Assembly (NCBI GenBank): GCA_963741955.1
Contig: CAVUKB010000006.1
Coordinates: 160,001-224,000, forward strand
Origin: an uncultured Acidobacteriota bacterium
GTDB lineage: Bacteria; Acidobacteriota; Thermoanaerobaculia; Gp7-AA8
Direction: 5' to 3'
DNA length: 64,000 bases
Shown here: piece after piece, positions 1 to 9,599 of the stretch
Numbering within the stretch: the stretch's first letter is position 1
Layout: every line of letters begins with the position of its first letter
Program-made: the position numbers and the translations under genes
The notes under the pieces: model-generated
What the model was told of the DNA's origin: nothing
Seen by the model: only the letters and a program-made list of their open reading frames with translations
Database searches by the model: none

Positions 1-476
1 ACTACAAACGGAATGGCACGACGACTTTGTTCGCCGCCTTGGATACCCTCGAAGGTCGGGTCATCGCCGAATGCATGCCACGTCATCGCCACCAGGAATG
101 GATCCGGTTTCTCAAGAAGATCGACGCTGAGGTCCCGGCGGAACTCGACGTTCACTTGATCGCAGACAACTACGCGACTCACAAGCACCCGAAGGTCCGG
201 CGATGGTTGGACCGGAATCCTCGCTTTCACATGCACTTCACTCCGACGAGCAGTTCCTGGCTCAATCTGGTCGAGCGATTCTTCCGAGATTTGACGGACA
301 AGAGAATTCGCCGAGGCGCCTTCCATTCCGTAGATCAGCTGGTTGCAGCGATTCTCAGCTATATCGATGCGCATAACGAAGCCCCTTGGCCCTTCGTTTG
401 GTGCGCTCGCTCGGAGGAGATCATCGAGAAGGTTGGGCGAGCCCGTTTCGCCATGCAAAAGTCAATAACTGAATGA
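1..476 (+). CDS. IS630-family transposase, C-terminal part (5' end outside window)
   Basis: Frame is open from the window start: [14 protein letters not shown]...[10 protein letters not shown]...[20 protein letters not shown], the typical IS630 DDE C-terminal motifs. Confidence 0.95.
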   Translation, partial: YKRNGTTTLFAALDTLEGRVIAECMPRHRHQEWIRFLKKIDAEVPAELDVHLIADNYATHKHPKVRRWLDRNPRFHMHFTPTSSSWLNLVERFFRDLTDKRIRRGAFHSVDQLVAAILSYIDAHNEAPWPFVWCARSEEIIEKVGRARFAMQKSITE

Positions 477-489
477 AACACTACACTAG
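1..489 (+). mobile_element. IS630-family insertion sequence, right end
   Basis: Transposase stop is followed immediately by AACACTACACTAG (CTAG at 486-489), consistent with an IS630 terminus at a TA/CTAG target. Confidence 0.8.
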
Positions 490-750
490 CTCGGGCGCTA
501 CGAAAACGCGGAGCAGCTCCGCCCGATCGCGGCGACTCTCCGCCTCGGAAGCACCGCCCACGTCTCGAACCTGATCTCGCGTTGCGAGCGCGAGCTCGCG
601 AATGATCCTCTCCTCCGCGTTCTCGCCAACCAGTGCCTCGCGTCGCTCCAGGCCGGAGTTCCCGAATCCCCCGAGCGGCCCGTCCCGATCTGGCCGATGC
701 TCCCGGTGGCAGACGTTGTCCGCGACTCGCCGGGCCCGCCGCCGTTCTGA
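490..750 (+). pseudogene. 3' remnant of a gene abutting the IS630 end, possibly the HTH-like tail of a REP-associated (Y1) transposase
   Basis: Start-less open frame LGRYENAEQLRPIAATLRLGSTAHVSNLISRCERELAND...PPF* beginning directly after the IS end. The family assignment is from recollection only. Confidence 0.45.
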
Positions 751-1055
751 CGCGAACCGAGCTCCCCGAAAACCAGAAACCGATCCGTTCCGGCGTGGCT
801 TAGCACTGTCCGAGATCGAACGAAATCCTGGTACTTGCACGAGAACCACAGCATATCGCGCGCGTTTTGGGCCCGTGCGGCAGTTCGGTGCGATTTGAGC
901 CATCGCTTACCTCACCATTCAAGGCTCCTCCGACGAACTTAACCGACAAGCGAAGTCGTGACCCTCTTCTTTCCACTTCTAAGTGGCGCCGTGGCAAAGG
1001 TTTATGATGGCCGACCGACGAGCGAAGGTTTGACCCTGTTCTTGGGTGAGGTGAA

Positions 1056-1245
1056 ATTGCCCGCATCGCCGAAGCACTCGAGATCTCAGCCGACGAGCTC
1101 CTCGGCATGAAGGAGGCTCGCCTCGGACCGAAAGCCAGCCGCCGCGTGCTCCGCCGCGTCGAGCGCGTCGAAGAGCTCCCACCCTCAGCAGCAGGCGACT
1201 CTGCTTCGCACCATCGACACCTTCCTCAAAGCTGCCGGAAAGTGA
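1056..1245 (+). pseudogene. XRE-family HTH regulator remnant (5'-truncated, frameshifted)
   Basis: IARIAEALEISADELLGMKE...RRVLRRVERVEELP, then a frameshift to QQQATLLRTIDTFLKAAGK*. This matches the C-terminal half of XRE regulators often found near Rhs genes. Confidence 0.7.
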
Positions 1246-1292
1246 GAACGGCGGTTTCCCGCGCCGCAATGCGATTGCACTGATCGGTCTTC

Positions 1293-1568
1293 TCAGATGA
1301 ACGGCCGTTGGTATCCGATCATCTCGATGACTCCAGCGCAACCCGCAAGAGCGAACCACAACAGAATAGCCACCGCGACAACCAGGCACGTTCCCAGGCG
1401 CGTGCGTCCCCACAGTCGTATCGAGTAGAACACTGTTATCGCGAGAATGACCGCTGTTGAAGCGTAAAACGGCACGGCAACTGACCGGAAGTGATAGCGA
1501 TCTCCCCGCGGCGCCGCAAAGATGGCAGCCGCAGCCTCCTGGCCCCGGAACTTCGAGAAAAAGCCTAT
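1293..1568 (-). pseudogene. Small membrane protein, probably 5'-truncated (candidate orphan Rhs immunity remnant)
   Basis: Two hydrophobic stretches in ORF 1293..1475. The frame stays open upstream to the point where the Rhs fragment stops, and GC is lower than in the flanks. Confidence 0.4.
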
Positions 1569-2227
1569 ACGCTCGTGAGGCGGTTGAGGGCGTCGAAGAC
1601 GTAGATCGTATTCGCGGAGGCGTGTCGCTCGTCACGAACGGTGAGGAGATTTCCGCGCGTGTCGTACGTGTAGGCGATGCTGCTCGCGTCCGGATGCGTC
1701 ACGGTCACGAGACGTCCCTCGGCGTCGTAGCCGAACGTATCGCTTCGTTTCGACACCCAGCTGCCGCAGCTCGCTGCGGGGGTGGAGCATTCCTCGTACG
1801 ATTCATGAGTCTTCCGCCCGATCGTGTTGAGGGTGTAGACGACGCGCTCGTGCTGGTTGCCGCTCGCGTCGAGACGCGTCACGCCGAGGAGCCGGTTCGT
1901 GCCGTCTTCCCATGAGCTCACGGTGGCGTTGCCGAGGGGGAGAGTGGTTTGCGTGAGCCGGTCGCGACCATCGTACGAGAAGCCCGTGACGTAGTCGGCC
2001 CGTTCGGCCGCATCTCCGGCGGACTGAACCGAGCGGATCTCGGTGACGCGGCCGCGAGCGTCGAGTGTGCGACGGGTCTCGACTCCGTTCGGATCGAGCG
2101 TGGATCGCGCGGTGCCGTAGACGTCGTAGTCGTCGAACGAGGTAGTGAGCGATGACGAGGCGCCGGTCGTCACGACGGTCTGGAGAAGGCGTCCCCGGCG
2201 GTCGAGGTTCGCGTCGGCGTCGGAGGC
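1565..2227 (-). pseudogene. Rhs/YD-repeat protein internal fragment
   Basis: Multiple YD-type repeats (YDVYG, LDARGR, YDGRDRL, YDAEGRL, YDTRGNL, FDALNRL). It ends abruptly with no Rhs core signature or toxin tip. Confidence 0.85.
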
Positions 2228-2394
2228 GTGGCTCCACGGATTTTCGTGACGAACCGCGGCCAGGAGGCGAGGGCGTACTCGTACGTGGAACACCGGCGAG
2301 ACCGTCCTCACCGAGACCATCTCAGGGTATCTTGCCTCCACGGATTCCTCTCCCACCACACGCACCACGACCACGAGCTTCGACTCGCGCTGGA

Positions 2395-3000
2395 TCATCC
2401 GGTGTTGATCAGGCGTACGGTGAATGTGGCGCTCGAGCCATCGCACGCCGCGGCTGTTTCAGGCATCCAGAGGCCTCGTTCGAAGAGTGCCGGTTGAGTA
2501 CTCGTGAACACTGGCGAGCCGTTCTTTCTCAGTGATAGCGCGATGTTGTATGAGTCGTCCCGCATCGGCCAGACGGACCACCCGCAGGTTGTCCCGAAGC
2601 CGTCATCCCAGAATTGACAATAATTGCAGGGAAACGTGTAGCTCGCGAAGAATCGAATCCGCAGAGTCCCATCGGCGGCGGGAACGAACTGATAGGTCGG
2701 TGCCGATTCCAGGGTCGGATCCGAATCGCACCACATGTTGAAGTTCGAACAAAGGCCGCTCGAGTCGGGGTTGCACGTCGGATTGGCCCGCTTCATCTGG
2801 AACGCCGCGCGCTTTTCATACGCGGAGCACATGTAGCAGCTAGCGTTGCCGGGGGGTGGTTCGACCGTAGCCGAATCACAGGGATAGATCTGGTACGGAG
2901 GAATTGGCCACACCGCAAGGAGCGGTGTCGCATTGATCGCCAGAAACAACAGAGGAGCCCAGCGTGCAATGAGGCGAAGCGAACGGATTCTCGACATCAC
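2395..3000 (-). pseudogene. Signal-peptide-bearing, Cys-rich N-terminal part of a secreted protein, likely the start of the broken Rhs gene
   Basis: Signal-like N-terminus (RSLRLIARWAPLLFLAINATPLLA), AAGGAAG RBS, many Cys. Same strand as and directly upstream of the YD fragment. Confidence 0.6.
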
Positions 3001-3126
3001 TCACTTCCTTTTCGTTCGGAGTCGTCGAATCGGGGCGGACCCGATCCCTTCTACCCGGGGAGTTCCCGCAGCGGGGCAAAACGGTACCCTTGGTGACGAA
3101 TGGCGACGAAACAGGTGAGTAGCGCG

Positions 3127-3283
3127 AGCTACCCGGCACCCGACGGACGAGATGGGTGTGAGCATCAACAAGCTGCGGAACCACATCCGGTCGATCTACG
3201 ACAAGCTCCACGTCAATTCGAATTCGGAAGCGGTCAGCAGGCCGATGCGCGGGAAGATCGTGCAGGTCATTACCACGACTTGA
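3127..3283 (+). pseudogene. LuxR/NarL-type HTH C-terminal remnant
   Basis: DEMGVSINKLRNHIRSIYDKLHVNSNSEAVSRPMRGKIV is a degenerate LuxR HTH, with no receiver domain upstream. Confidence 0.75.
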
Positions 3284-3328
3284 AAGCTCGGCCACAACGC
3301 ATATGCTTGTCGCGGAGGTGAACTTCCG

Positions 3329-4384
3329 ATGAAACAGCTTCTCTGGATACTCCCGATCCTGATGGTCACGCCGCTGTTCGCCCAGAAGCGTCCGGTGCAC
3401 ACCTTCTCCATCGTCGCGCGCGACGCGACGAGCGGCGAGATGGGCGTCGCGGTGCAGTCGCACTGGTTCGCGGTGGGACAGATCGTCCCGTGGGCGGAAG
3501 CCGGAGTCGGCGCGATCGCGACGCAGAGCTTCGTCGATCCTTCGTATGGAAAGCTCGGGCTGGAGATGATGCGCACCGGAAAAAGCGCGCCCGACGCTCT
3601 CCGCGGCCTCCTCCAGTCGGACCGGTCGTGCCAGGTCCGTCAGGTGGCGATGATCGACACCGCGGGAAACGTTGCGACGTTCACCGGCTCGAAGAACATT
3701 CAGGCCGCTGGAGGGATTGCGGGAGGAGAGAAGACGGAGAGCGTTCACTTCGACTGCGGCACCGGAGGAGGGACGATTTCCGTCGGGAAGGACTTTTCGG
3801 TTCAGGCGAACCTCATGTCGAACGACCGGATCTGGCCGGCGATGGAAAAGGCGTTCCGCGAGACGAAGGGCGACCTTGCCGACCGGATGCTCGCCGCGCT
3901 CGATGCCGCACAGGCGGTCGGAGGCGACATCCGCGGGAAGCAGTCGGCCGCACTGATCGTGGTGAAGGCGCAGTCGTCCGGAAAGCCGTGGGAGGATCAG
4001 ATTTTCAACCTCCGGGTCGACGATGCTCCCGAGCCGCTTCCCGAACTGCGGCGGCTGGTCGCGCTGCAGCGTGCCTACAATCACATGAACGCCGGCGATC
4101 TCGCGACGGAGCACGGCGACAACGCGGGCGCTCTCCGCGAGTACTCGACTGCGGAACAGATCGCGGCGACGACGCCCGGGATCCCGCAGAGCCGTTACGC
4201 GGAGATGATCTACTGGCACGCGGCGGCGCTGGTGAACATGAACCGCGTCGACGAAGCGATGCCGCTCTTCGCGAAGGCGTTCGCGATGGAGCCCGGCTGG
4301 CGGACGCTGACCCCGCGTCTTCCGGCGGCGGGACTCCTTCCGGACGACCCGGCACTGATCCGCAGGATCGTCGGCGCGAAGTGA
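3329..4384 (+). CDS. Secreted DUF1028 (Ntn-hydrolase-like) protein with C-terminal TPR-like helices
   Basis: Signal peptide, then HTFSIVARD...GVAVQSHWFAVG...VPWAEAGVGAIATQS, GGDIRGKQSAAL and LRVDD. GGAGGT RBS. Confidence 0.9.
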   Translation: MKQLLWILPILMVTPLFAQKRPVHTFSIVARDATSGEMGVAVQSHWFAVGQIVPWAEAGVGAIATQSFVDPSYGKLGLEMMRTGKSAPDALRGLLQSDRSCQVRQVAMIDTAGNVATFTGSKNIQAAGGIAGGEKTESVHFDCGTGGGTISVGKDFSVQANLMSNDRIWPAMEKAFRETKGDLADRMLAALDAAQAVGGDIRGKQSAALIVVKAQSSGKPWEDQIFNLRVDDAPEPLPELRRLVALQRAYNHMNAGDLATEHGDNAGALREYSTAEQIAATTPGIPQSRYAEMIYWHAAALVNMNRVDEAMPLFAKAFAMEPGWRTLTPRLPAAGLLPDDPALIRRIVGAK

Positions 4385-4575
4385 TCCGCGGCAGACCGTC
4401 CGGCACGAGTGTGGTGCGTTTCCCCCGCACGCGAGCGAAGAGAGCCGCAGCATTGTGTCTGCCTGGGAGTCTCCCTGATCGCGTGCGATCGCGACCATCG
4501 CACCACACTCGGCCCCGGCTCCGGGCAGACTGATACAATCGAGGCGTCCGCACCGACTGCTGATACCGCGAGCCG

Positions 4576-5424
4576 ATGACTCCCGAAGAGCTGTTTCTGA
4601 AGAACCTTCCCCGCATCGAGCGCCTGGCGCGCTCGATCTGCGTGCGTCACCGTGCCTCCCCTGACGAGACGGAAGAGTTCCTCTCGAATCTGCGCCTGAA
4701 GCTGATCGACGACGATTACCGCGCTCTCCGCTCGTTCGAAGGGAAGAGCTCTCTGGAGACCTTTCTCTTCGTCACCATCCAGCGGGCTTTCTACGACTAT
4801 CGAGATCAGCAGTGGGGACGGTGGCGCCCCTCGACCGAAGCGACCAGGATGGGTGAAGCGGCTGTGACTCTGGAGAGGTTGATCTGGAGGGACGGATGGT
4901 CCTTTCCCGAAGCGCGCGACCATCTGATCCAGAGGGATCCTTCCCTCACCCCGGAGGAGGTCGAGACGATCCATGCCGGCCTTCCGGCCCGGTGGCGGCG
5001 GCCTCGCGCAGAGCCCGATCCCGAGCCGGCACTGGAGAAGGCCGTCGGGGCGGAGGGGGCCGACGCGCCGCTGATCGAACGGGAGAGACGTGAGCGTGCG
5101 GCGAGGCTCAGCACCACGGTGAGCGCCGCGCTCCAGTCACTGGACGAGGAGGATCAGCTGATCCTCCGGATGCGTTTCGCGAGCGGCCTCAAGATCGTCA
5201 CCATTGCGACGGTCCTCGGGCTCGATCAACGCCGTCTCTACCGGAGAGTGGAATCACTGATCGCGACTTTGCGGAGAGCCCTGGAGGGGGGCGGACATTC
5301 GGCGGAAGAGGTCCGGGAAATTCTGGAACATGGATGTGATGGATTCGAAGTCGACTTTCGGCCGGCGGAGGAAATTTCCCCGCTGCATCCGTCCAACGAC
5401 CGAAGGGGACTGGATCGTGACTGA
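4576..5424 (+). CDS. ECF-type sigma-70 factor
   Basis: Region 2-like segment (EEFLSNLRLKL...LRSFEGKSSLETFLFVTIQRAFYDY) and region 4 HTH (LDEEDQLILRMRFASGLKIVTIATVLG). Directly upstream of a zf-HC2 protein. Confidence 0.85.
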   Translation: MTPEELFLKNLPRIERLARSICVRHRASPDETEEFLSNLRLKLIDDDYRALRSFEGKSSLETFLFVTIQRAFYDYRDQQWGRWRPSTEATRMGEAAVTLERLIWRDGWSFPEARDHLIQRDPSLTPEEVETIHAGLPARWRRPRAEPDPEPALEKAVGAEGADAPLIERERRERAARLSTTVSAALQSLDEEDQLILRMRFASGLKIVTIATVLGLDQRRLYRRVESLIATLRRALEGGGHSAEEVREILEHGCDGFEVDFRPAEEISPLHPSNDRRGLDRD

Positions 5425-5445
5425 GCGGGCGGAAGGAGTCAGGCG

Positions 5446-8400
5446 ATGACCTCAGGAAGTCATCCGCCAGCCGGAACGCTGGCCGCATTTGCGGAAGGGC
5501 GCCTCGACGGGCAAGAGCGACGCGACGTAGTCGAGCATCTCGCCGGGTGCCGCGGGTGCTACGAGCTGTTCGAGGCGACCGCGCGCTTCGTCGAAGAGAG
5601 AGATGCGACGGGCGGCGAAACCGGGACAGTGGTCCAGTTGAGGAAGGAGTCCGGCGTATCCCTCCGCTGGGTCGCCGCGATCGCGGCGATGCTCCTCCTG
5701 ATCGCCGCGGCGGCGCTGGTACTCCGTACACGAGTCGCCTCGCCGTTCGACACGCTGGTCGCGTCGGCGAATGATCTCCCCAACCGAGTCACCACAGGAC
5801 GTCTGGATGCGGATTTCGCGTACCGGCCACCTCCAGTGGTGACCCGCGGGGCGACCGACGAGCAGAGCCGGAATCCTAAGTGGCTGAAGCTGGAAGGATC
5901 CGCGGGAGATGTACTGGAAGAGAATTCGGCGTCCGCACGCGAGCGGGCGGTCGCGATGCTGCTGACGGGCGACCCGCAGCGGGCGATCGATCTTCTGGAG
6001 AGTGAAGTTCGGAAGCATCCTGACGATGCGTCGGCGTGGAACGATCTTTCCGCAGCGAGGCTGGCGGCAGGCGAGAAGCTGCGAGACCCGTCACTGGCGG
6101 TGAAGGCGCTCGCCGCGGCGGACCAGGCCCTGAGGATCGAGCCGAACATGGCGCCGGCAGTGTTCAACCGTGCGCTCGCTCTGGAGGAGATGGGCCTGCT
6201 CGTACAGGCTCGCGAAGCGTGGCAGCACTTTCTCGAGCTCGATTCGTCGTCGGGGTGGGCTGCGGAGGCGGAGGCACACGTCCGGAAGCTGTCGTTCCAG
6301 AGCGAATCGAAGCGATGGAAGGAATCGATTCCAGAGCTCGAGTCGGCTGCGGTGGGAGGGAATTCGAAGCAGGTGAGCCGAATCGTCGCCGAATTCCCCG
6401 AGGAAGCGCGCCGGTGGGGAGAGGCGGTGTACCTCGGCGCGTGGGCTGATGCCCGGCAGAAGGGAGATGCGACGGGCGCCGCGAGGCAACTGACCATCGC
6501 GCGCGAGCTCGGAGAGGCCCTGCACGAAGTGAATGGGGAATCGATGCTGCGCGATGCGGTGGCGGCGATCGACTCGAGTCGCGGCGACGCGCTCGACGCT
6601 CTCACCCGCGGCGAGTTCCTCTATCGGGAGGGGCGGATTCTCCACAGCCGTAATCAGGCGACTGCCGCCGAGAAAATGCTGCGCGATTCGGAGAGTCTCC
6701 TCCGCCGTGGCGGCAGCCCCATGGCCCTCGTCGCGCGCTACTACGTCGGCAGCACCCTGTACGCTCAGACGAGGATCAGAGAGTGCGCGGACCTTCTCGA
6801 CCAGCTGGCGGCGGAGCCGCTCGAGTCGAAAGGGTACGACGCGCTTGCGGCCCAGATCGCATGGGAGAGAGGGCTTTCACATTGGGTGATGGGAGAAGCG
6901 GACGACGCGCTGGAGATCCTGACCGCCGGACGCGATCTCGCCAGCCGTCAATCGGAAAACGATCTGCGTGCATCGTTCGACGTATTCCTCGCGGACTACC
7001 ACGAGCATCTCGCCGAGCCGGCGCTGGCGTGGACCTACCGGCGCGAAGCACTGGAGTCGCTCGCGCGGCAGGGCAACGTGTTCCGGTCGAACGTCTGCCT
7101 CGACGCTCTGAGCAGGACGCTCGCCGAGCGCGACGACTGGGCCGGAGTGACGTCGGTGGCATCTCTTCTGGTGGAGCAGGGCGACGCGGAGAATCCGCTT
7201 CCGAACCACCATGCGCTCCTGTGGCGCGCGATGGCCTATCTGGAGAGGGGCGATGCGGCGTCCGCACGCGCGGACCTTGCACAGCTCGACCGGTGGATTG
7301 CGATGGAAAAGGACCAGGCGATTCACGAAGGACTGGTCTCGGATCGGGAGAGGCTCGAAGCGCTGATCGACGGCGAGAGCGATCCGTTGCGAGGAGCGGA
7401 GGAGATCAGCCGTACCATCGATTACGCGTCATCGCGGGATCTCGACGTCGCGGTACCTCAGCTTCTGCTCGAGCGAGGGCTGCTGGAGCGGAAGGGAGGA
7501 GCGTTCGAGAAGGCGCAGAGCGATCTCGACCAGGGTCTCCGGCTGGCGGAGGAGGAACGAGGAAAGGTCTCGGATCTCACGAACCGCGCCTCGCTCGACA
7601 CTACATGGGACGGACTCTTCGACGCGGCGATCGATCTCGCCGTCGAACGGAGAGAGGATGATCGAGCGTTTTCCCTGGCGGAGCGCCGCCTTTCCCGCGA
7701 CTTCATCGACGCATCGAAAGGAGATGCGATCGCCGCGACACCGGCGTCGCTCCACGATCTGGAGACCGCGTTGTCGGCGGACGCGGCATTGCTCGAGCTC
7801 TCGTCACTTCCGGACAGCGTCGCAGTGACTCTCGTCCGTCGCGGGTCATCGATCACCTGGCGACGGCCGGTCGGGCGGCAGGATCTCTCGTCGCGAGCCG
7901 GCGCGTTGCTGAGCGAGGAGCCGAACCGTTCCCGCGAGGCGGCAGAATCACTTTTCTCCGAGCTGATCGCCCCGGCGACGCAAAGTCTCGCCGGGGTCAG
8001 GTCTCTCGCGATCGTCGCGGATGCGCATTTCCGGAAGATTCCCTTCGCTGCCCTGATCGATCCGGCCGATGGGAAGCTGCTCGTCGAGAAGTTCCAGCTG
8101 ATCGAACCCCCGTGTGCCAGCATTGCCCTCGAGGCATCTCAGAAAATCAAGCGCAAAGTGCGCCACGACGGGATCGCCCTGCTGGTCGATCCGCAGTCGA
8201 GAGATCCGCGGTACGCCGCGCTTTCCGGGGCGGAGGCAGAGGTGGACCGGCTCGCAGCGCTCTATCCGAATGCGGTGACGCTGCGCGGCGACGACGCGAC
8301 GCGAGAACGGGTGCTGGCGATGCTCCCCACTGCTGCCCTGGTCCATTTCGCAGGACACGGAGAGGCCGATCCGGCTCACCCGCGGAGGTCGAGCCTTCTT

Positions 8401-8781
8401 CTCTCCGGTCCGCACGGCGCCGCGACGCGCCTCGAGGCTGCGGAGATCGCATCGCTGAGGCTCCCCGCCACCGCTCTGGTGGTCCTCGGCGCGTGCGATT
8501 CCGGGAAGAGTCTCGGGCGGAACGGGATCGACAGCGTCGGCGCGGCGTTCCTCGCCGCCGGTGCGACTCGGGTTGTGGCCTCACGCTGGAAGATCGAAGA
8601 CGCTGGCGCGGCGGAGCTCCTCTCGCGTTTTCACCGGCGGCTGACCCGCGGGGAGACGCCCATCGCCGCTCTCCGCGGCGTGCAGATCGACGCGGCACGG
8701 GCGAGCGACGGAAGCTTGCGACCTCTTCGCGAGTGGGCGGCGCTCTACCTGATGGGCGGTTCCGAAGAACTGCTAAACTGA
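5446..8781 (+). CDS. zf-HC2 anti-sigma / single TM / TPR / CHAT (caspase-like) protease fusion
   Basis: N-terminal HLAGCRGC (HxxxCxxC), TM WVAAIAAMLLLIAAAALVL, TPR-like repeats (AWNDLSAA, AVFNRALALEEMG), and C-terminal CHAT motifs IPFAAL, VHFAGHG, LVVLGACDSG, AFLAAGA..VVASRWKI. AAGGAG RBS. Confidence 0.92.
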   Translation: MTSGSHPPAGTLAAFAEGRLDGQERRDVVEHLAGCRGCYELFEATARFVEERDATGGETGTVVQLRKESGVSLRWVAAIAAMLLLIAAAALVLRTRVASPFDTLVASANDLPNRVTTGRLDADFAYRPPPVVTRGATDEQSRNPKWLKLEGSAGDVLEENSASARERAVAMLLTGDPQRAIDLLESEVRKHPDDASAWNDLSAARLAAGEKLRDPSLAVKALAAADQALRIEPNMAPAVFNRALALEEMGLLVQAREAWQHFLELDSSSGWAAEAEAHVRKLSFQSESKRWKESIPELESAAVGGNSKQVSRIVAEFPEEARRWGEAVYLGAWADARQKGDATGAARQLTIARELGEALHEVNGESMLRDAVAAIDSSRGDALDALTRGEFLYREGRILHSRNQATAAEKMLRDSESLLRRGGSPMALVARYYVGSTLYAQTRIRECADLLDQLAAEPLESKGYDALAAQIAWERGLSHWVMGEADDALEILTAGRDLASRQSENDLRASFDVFLADYHEHLAEPALAWTYRREALESLARQGNVFRSNVCLDALSRTLAERDDWAGVTSVASLLVEQGDAENPLPNHHALLWRAMAYLERGDAASARADLAQLDRWIAMEKDQAIHEGLVSDRERLEALIDGESDPLRGAEEISRTIDYASSRDLDVAVPQLLLERGLLERKGGAFEKAQSDLDQGLRLAEEERGKVSDLTNRASLDTTWDGLFDAAIDLAVERREDDRAFSLAERRLSRDFIDASKGDAIAATPASLHDLETALSADAALLELSSLPDSVAVTLVRRGSSITWRRPVGRQDLSSRAGALLSEEPNRSREAAESLFSELIAPATQSLAGVRSLAIVADAHFRKIPFAALIDPADGKLLVEKFQLIEPPCASIALEASQKIKRKVRHDGIALLVDPQSRDPRYAALSGAEAEVDRLAALYPNAVTLRGDDATRERVLAMLPTAALVHFAGHGEADPAHPRRSSLLLSGPHGAATRLEAAEIASLRLPATALVVLGACDSGKSLGRNGIDSVGAAFLAAGATRVVASRWKIEDAGAAELLSRFHRRLTRGETPIAALRGVQIDAARASDGSLRPLREWAALYLMGGSEELLN

Positions 8782-8843
8782 CCCCACGCAGATACCGCAG
8801 GAAAAGGGTCCGCGAATTCCTTGATCCCGAAGGAGGAGGAGCC

Positions 8844-9599
8844 ATGCAGTTTCGCATTCGGTTTTTCGGAATGGTCTGTCACGTTCTCGACGGCGAACCG
8901 GTCCGGGCAGTGTTCCTGAAAGAACCGTCCGGGGAAGATCCGAACCACAAGGCACGCATGATCATCGACGAAGATCTCGTCGATCCGCAAAGCGTGCAGC
9001 AGATCTTCCCGGGCACCACGCCGACTGGAGGAAAGTACACTCTTCCACTGACCCATCGCGGACTCGCTTTCGCTGGTGCCACGACAACGAAGCCGCAGGC
9101 GGCGGGATCGTTCAGTGATCTCGTTCCGAGCCTCGTCCAGATCACCGAAACGATGATGAGCGAGATCAATGCGGGAGTGTACGCGTCCGACACGACGGCG
9201 TGGGACGTGATACAGGCGTGGTTCGATTATCCCGGCGGATCATTGACTGCAACGCCCTATCCGCAGCAGGGAAAGGTGGTGTGGGACCACCACCCGGGGC
9301 GGCCGTCCTACCTTCGCCCGGTCGGGAAAGAGGTCTATCTCCAGTGCGAGAACGACGAGGCCGTTCTCCTGGTCACCGACGGGTCGACCGATCCGGCGAA
9401 GAGGCTGATTCTGACGCCCCGGGGGCAGCGTCTCGACTTCAGCCTGGAGAACGGATCGACGTACGGCAGCGGTCACTGGAAGCTGAACTACTCGTTGAGC
9501 GTGAAGCCTGTTCCGGACGACCCCGATCTCCTCCCCGAGAGCGACGGTCCGACGCTGCAGAGTGACGTTCCGGGTTGCTCGAATTCGCAGTTCCCCTGA
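8844..9599 (+). CDS. Uncharacterised 251-aa protein ending in SDVPGCSNSQFP (CHAT-associated)
   Basis: Strong AGGAGGAGGA RBS before ATG 8844, protein-like beta-rich sequence, no signal peptide. The true start is inside the 8112..9599 ORF. Confidence 0.85.
   Translation: MQFRIRFFGMVCHVLDGEPVRAVFLKEPSGEDPNHKARMIIDEDLVDPQSVQQIFPGTTPTGGKYTLPLTHRGLAFAGATTTKPQAAGSFSDLVPSLVQITETMMSEINAGVYASDTTAWDVIQAWFDYPGGSLTATPYPQQGKVVWDHHPGRPSYLRPVGKEVYLQCENDEAVLLVTDGSTDPAKRLILTPRGQRLDFSLENGSTYGSGHWKLNYSLSVKPVPDDPDLLPESDGPTLQSDVPGCSNSQFP

Noticed and set aside
8112-8843. N-terminal half of the 495-aa ORF
   Set aside because: It overlaps the CHAT gene out of frame and reads as Arg-rich shadow translation. The real gene starts at ATG 8844 behind a strong RBS.
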